From NCBI GenBank assembly GCA_964344035.1, contig CAYFLK010000006.1, positions 26,162 to 90,161 of the forward strand: 64,000 nt of DNA. The letters are read 5' to 3'. The translations under genes and the position numbers were made by a program. Positions within the stretch are counted from its first letter, which is position 1. Every line of letters begins with the position of its first letter. The notes beneath the pieces were generated by a model. That model was not told the origin of the DNA and made no database searches. It saw only the letters and a program-made list of their open reading frames with translations. Of the stretch, positions 60,616 to 64,000 are shown piece by piece. Source of the stretch: an uncultured Pseudomonadota bacterium (GTDB lineage: Bacteria > SAR324 > NAC60-12).

Positions 60616-62187
60616 ATGTCAAACATCCTCAGGCTGCTGATTCTGCTCCTCGGCTGCGCCCTCTATTTGGCGGGCAAGGCAGACGCGCAGGAAAGCCCGA
60701 AGGCCAAAGCCGCATGGTGGCTGGAGCAGCACGGCGCGCTGACGGAAGACCTGGAACCGCGCATCGCTTTGGTCCGCGGGGTCTGGGAACGTGTCGAAGC
60801 CGCCTCGGAACGCAGCCCAAAACGCCTGCCCCGGCTGGTACTGCTCCGTTCTCACCATGCGCCGATGGCGCATGCGCTTCCGGACGGCAGCGTCCTTCTC
60901 AACCGCGCGGCGATTCGGCTCTGTTATGACGGTGTGAAGCGTGAACTGGGCGACGCGCGCATGGCGTTTCTGCTCGGGCATGAACTGGCGCACCTCGCCA
61001 AAGACGATTTCTGGGCGGCGGAAGCGTTTTCACGGGTGGGCGCCGTCCCTGAAATCGCGGAAGCGCGCGTCCATCTTGAACAACTGCTGCGGCGCTCTGA
61101 ACCTGACGGCAAAAACCAGGCCGCCCGTCTCAGGGAGCTTCAGGCAGACGCCCACGGGCTGATTGCCATGACCGCCGCGGGTTACAATCCGAAGCGTGTG
61201 CTCGATGTCGACTCCACCTTCTTCCAGCTCTGGTCCGCCCGCGTCATCGAGCTTCAGGGTCAATCCCCGGCTCCAGCTCAATACCCCGCGGACGCGGAGC
61301 GCGCCGCGCTGCTGCGTTCCCAGCTGTCGGCGGTGCGGCGAGAACTGCTGGTCTTCGACGCGGGAACAAAACTGCAGCAGCTCGGGAGATATGATGACGC
61401 GCGGGTGCTGCTCGAACACTTCCGCGGCCGCTTTCCCGGACGCGAGATATTCAACAACCTCGGTTTAAGCGAATACCGGCTCGCCATGCGCGAACTTGCC
61501 GGCTACGACGCCCGCTGGGCTGCACGTTATTTTACCGCGCTGGTCGCGGACCTGGAAACCATGGGAACACTGACCCGCGGGCGCACGGGCGGTCCTGCTC
61601 GCGGACCCGGAAAACGCTGCGTCGCGCTCCTGGGGTTTCAAACCCATTTTCGGCGTGCGCTTAAGTATTTCGAAAAAGCGTCGCGGATGGACCCTGAATA
61701 CCTGCCCGCGCGCGTAAACCTCTCTTCGGCGCGTCTGACCGCCGGGGATTACGCTGGCGCGATGAGCGCCGCTGACCAGGTGTTGCGCGTCAACCCCGAA
61801 CAGCGCGAAGCGATGAACAACAAGGCCGTTGCCCTGCATGCGTTCGGACGCGAAATGGGGATGGACACCACCGACCGCGCCCTGAGCGTACTGGAAACCA
61901 TACTGCGTAAACACCCTGATTACGCGGCAGCGGCCTACAACCGCGCGGTCCTGCTGACCGAAAGGCAGCGACCCGGAAGCGCCGGGCAGGCGTGGGAGCG
62001 GCTGCTGCGATACCGCCTGCCGCCGTTGTACCGCGCGCGGGTCTACATGAACCTGGGACGTACCGAACCCCCCCCCGGTTCGTGCCCGAAAGGCGAGTGT
62101 TTCTCCCCCCATGTCCCTGGGCGCGTTGACCCGCCGGGGGAGGGAAAGGTTTGCCGGGATGACCTGCGTGCGGGTGCGCTCCGGTGA
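60616..62187 (+). CDS. M48 family zinc metalloprotease with TPR repeats (BepA-like), secreted
   Basis: Signal peptide; 'LLGHELAHLAKDD' HExxH; C-terminal TPR-like repeats. Confidence 0.75.
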   Translation: MSNILRLLILLLGCALYLAGKADAQESPKAKAAWWLEQHGALTEDLEPRIALVRGVWERVEAASERSPKRLPRLVLLRSHHAPMAHALPDGSVLLNRAAIRLCYDGVKRELGDARMAFLLGHELAHLAKDDFWAAEAFSRVGAVPEIAEARVHLEQLLRRSEPDGKNQAARLRELQADAHGLIAMTAAGYNPKRVLDVDSTFFQLWSARVIELQGQSPAPAQYPADAERAALLRSQLSAVRRELLVFDAGTKLQQLGRYDDARVLLEHFRGRFPGREIFNNLGLSEYRLAMRELAGYDARWAARYFTALVADLETMGTLTRGRTGGPARGPGKRCVALLGFQTHFRRALKYFEKASRMDPEYLPARVNLSSARLTAGDYAGAMSAADQVLRVNPEQREAMNNKAVALHAFGREMGMDTTDRALSVLETILRKHPDYAAAAYNRAVLLTERQRPGSAGQAWERLLRYRLPPLYRARVYMNLGRTEPPPGSCPKGECFSPHVPGRVDPPGEGKVCRDDLRAGALR

Positions 62188-62522
62188 TTTCCATGCACGC
62201 GCCTGTGAACAGGGTACGCTGCGGGTACTGGTCATTGACGAGGCAGTCGAACTCGTATCCGCCCCGGCGGAAGCGGACCTGAAATCCCGGCTACGGCGCA
62301 TGCCTCCGCCCGTAAAAATCATCCAAAGCGGAAACTGGACCACTCAAATCTATCCCGGTCGCCTCAGCGATGCTTACGAAAATAACGCCCGCCGTGTCTG
62401 GTGGTTTCTTCCGCGGCGTGGAACTGACTGGTTGTTTAAGCGTTGACGCTAATGCGGTCTTAAACGCTCCATTATTCCCGGTCTCCAACACTCTTTGCAC
62501 ATTTGGCGGTATCCCGCGGGAA

Positions 62523-62744
62523 TCAGGCTGCGTAACGCGTCACTTCTAATTCTGAACCTCGTCCTTGGGTGTCCAGCAGCGGTTCGATTTTCTCCATGAC
62601 CTGGTCATCGATGATAACCTCACCGCACTGTTTGCATTCAAGCACGGGCAGGTCCTTGATGATTCGGATGGCATGCTGATCCAGTTTGAAAGGCAGGTCC
62701 GTCACCTGTGCCTGCATGAGGCCTCCGCAAACATGACAGTTCAT
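62523..62744 (-). CDS. YgiT-type zinc-finger antitoxin (MqsA-like N-domain)
   Basis: 'MNCHVCGG...LECKQCGE' two CxxC pairs in the YgiT pattern. Confidence 0.7.
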   Translation of the reverse strand: MNCHVCGGLMQAQVTDLPFKLDQHAIRIIKDLPVLECKQCGEVIIDDQVMEKIEPLLDTQGRGSELEVTRYAA

Positions 62745-63085
62745 AGTTTTCTCCTTTGCTTGAAGTTGGACTCCCATTTATTTGGCTGCGGAAAATATGT
62801 CGTTATCACCCGCACGTTTTTCATCTTCACATCAACGGCAAACAAAACGTGGAAGATACGGTTTCCGTAACATCCCCATACCAGGTAGCTGGGATGATAT
62901 TTGTCATCAGGATAGGATTCAATTATTTCAAAGCTGTCGACGGCATCAGTGATCATTTGCCTGGAGATTTTACGCTGCAGCAATCGCATGTTTACATGAT
63001 AGGTCCAGAACACTCTGGATTCCCGAACTTGGTTTTGTATATATTCCAGGGGATTTTCCGGTACCTGTGGTGTGGGATTTTTCAC
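62741..63085 (-). CDS. DUF4258-domain toxin-like protein
   Basis: 'VFWTYHVNMRLLQRKIS...RVITTYFP' DUF4258 pattern; overlaps the downstream YgiT gene by 4 nt. Confidence 0.6.
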   Translation of the reverse strand: MKNPTPQVPENPLEYIQNQVRESRVFWTYHVNMRLLQRKISRQMITDAVDSFEIIESYPDDKYHPSYLVWGCYGNRIFHVLFAVDVKMKNVRVITTYFPQPNKWESNFKQRRKL

Positions 63086-64000
63086 TGCATGAGCCGATTC
63101 AAAATGCGGGTCATAACTGCCTGGACAGTAAAGCCTCTGAGGTGGATGTGTTTCAACATTTTCGCATTTAACTTACATTTCCTCCACACAAGATGGAAGG
63201 CAAATTGTTCCATGAATACCATGTACATTAACCCCTCCGGACATCACTCCGCGAACCTGCGGGCATCGTCCGACTAACCCATATCCCCCGAGGCATCTTG
63301 GTCTCAACAATCCTCGAAAACGCACGCCGCGACTGGTGGTTTCTTCCTGAAAACAGCCAGGGCCGTTAGCCTGTTTTTGCGGCTGTAGAAAACTTTTTTT
63401 CAAAAAACAGGGGAAATTCCCGGAAATCAGCATTTTTTCTTCACTATTTTCGCCTAAATCCACTCTCATTTTTTTTCCATTTTTTCTGCTGACAGACAAT
63501 TCTGTAAAAATCGATATAAATAAAAAGTTTGTAATATCAATAAATTACAGAAATATGGTAAAATTCAGAATTATTCATGCATGTAACTAACTGATATTAT
63601 TTATATAATAATTGCTCATCTATACAATTGCATTTCTTGACATTTGTGCTATTGATGAGATTCGGCATTTTTCCGAGGCCGGGCTTTGCAGAAAATGGGA
63701 CCACGGGTTTGTTTCCATTGAAGTGAAAACTGTCCATCGATTATTGCAAACACGACTCCATGATGAAGCCCTCATGGGCGCGTGTTCAACCAAACCCTTC
63801 CCGCAGATGAACCGCCAATGCCTCATTTTCCGGATCAACAGTCCCGTTCAATCATCCGCAGGGCCTGATACCGGATGCCCGGAACCAAGCTGAATTTTTA
63901 GATGCTGATATCATGTTGTTTTTTCAGAAACCGCACCCATGCATGAAATAATATGATGAAATTTCATTTTTTGTCCGTCCAAGCATAATAACAGAGGATG

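Noticed and set aside
62111-62446. 111-aa ORF overlapping the 3' end of the M48 protease gene
   Set aside because: It overlaps a well-supported gene in another frame and shows no recognisable domain. An independent small gene starting near 62159 is possible, but support is too weak to annotate.
1-64000. CRISPR arrays, rRNA genes, additional tRNAs
   Set aside because: No regularly spaced direct repeats and no rRNA-like segments were seen. Only one tRNA-like cloverleaf (6886-6961) was found.

Overview
This window is a GC-rich (about 58-60%) bacterial chromosome segment, mostly core and central metabolism, with one clear AT-rich accessory islet at about 18.7-20.9 kb. The ORF track uses ATG, GTG and TTG starts, so several starts below were re-picked by eye. 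Product calls rest on recognised motifs and on family resemblance recalled from memory; no database search was run.

Recognisable core genes:
- hemN, an OsmC/Ohr protein, a histidine-phosphatase-family protein, a DAG-kinase-family lipid kinase and a secreted thermonuclease.
- A single tRNA-Asn(GTT).
- hpf, mmuM with an amidase, a DHA2-type MFS exporter, queG, a GNAT acetyltransferase, a MaoC dehydratase, kynU and a PhyH dioxygenase.
- A Na+-pumping oxaloacetate decarboxylase operon (oadG-oadA-oadB) ending convergently on malate synthase G.
- guaC, an Lrp regulator, ahcY and mtaD.
- Two partial BMP-family (nucleoside-type) ABC transporter loci that together supply two binding proteins, one ATPase and three permeases.
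- NnrS, a pentapeptide-repeat protein, and an ECF sigma / anti-sigma pair followed by a TPR-containing M48 protease.

The less ordinary content:
1. A divergent Lrp regulator and MIO-type ammonia-lyase placed back-to-back with a YjjI-family 521-aa glycyl-radical enzyme and its YjjW-type activase. This enzyme family has no known substrate.
2. A MotA-like/MotB-like stator pair whose MotB homolog carries two Calx-beta-like domains, co-transcribed with a predicted outer-membrane barrel whose 5' end holds a (GGATTTC)x4 heptanucleotide repeat.
3. A potassium channel fused to RCK, Sel1 and a C-terminal TerB-like domain, about 6 kb from a second TerB-like protein that is fused to a DUF2225-type zinc ribbon and sits next to the tRNA.
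4. An IS5-family remnant with 14-bp terminal inverted repeats abutting the MFS start codon, followed by a vapBC module bracketed by two copies of a roughly 65-nt structured repeat and by a PD-(D/E)xK-like gene.
5. Tandem paralogous small secreted proteins sharing a TSGTSGCKNWD motif.
6. A DMT/EamA transporter interrupted by an in-frame TGA.
7. A DUF4258/YgiT-type toxin-antitoxin pair.

No CRISPR array, rRNA, integrase or prophage was seen.
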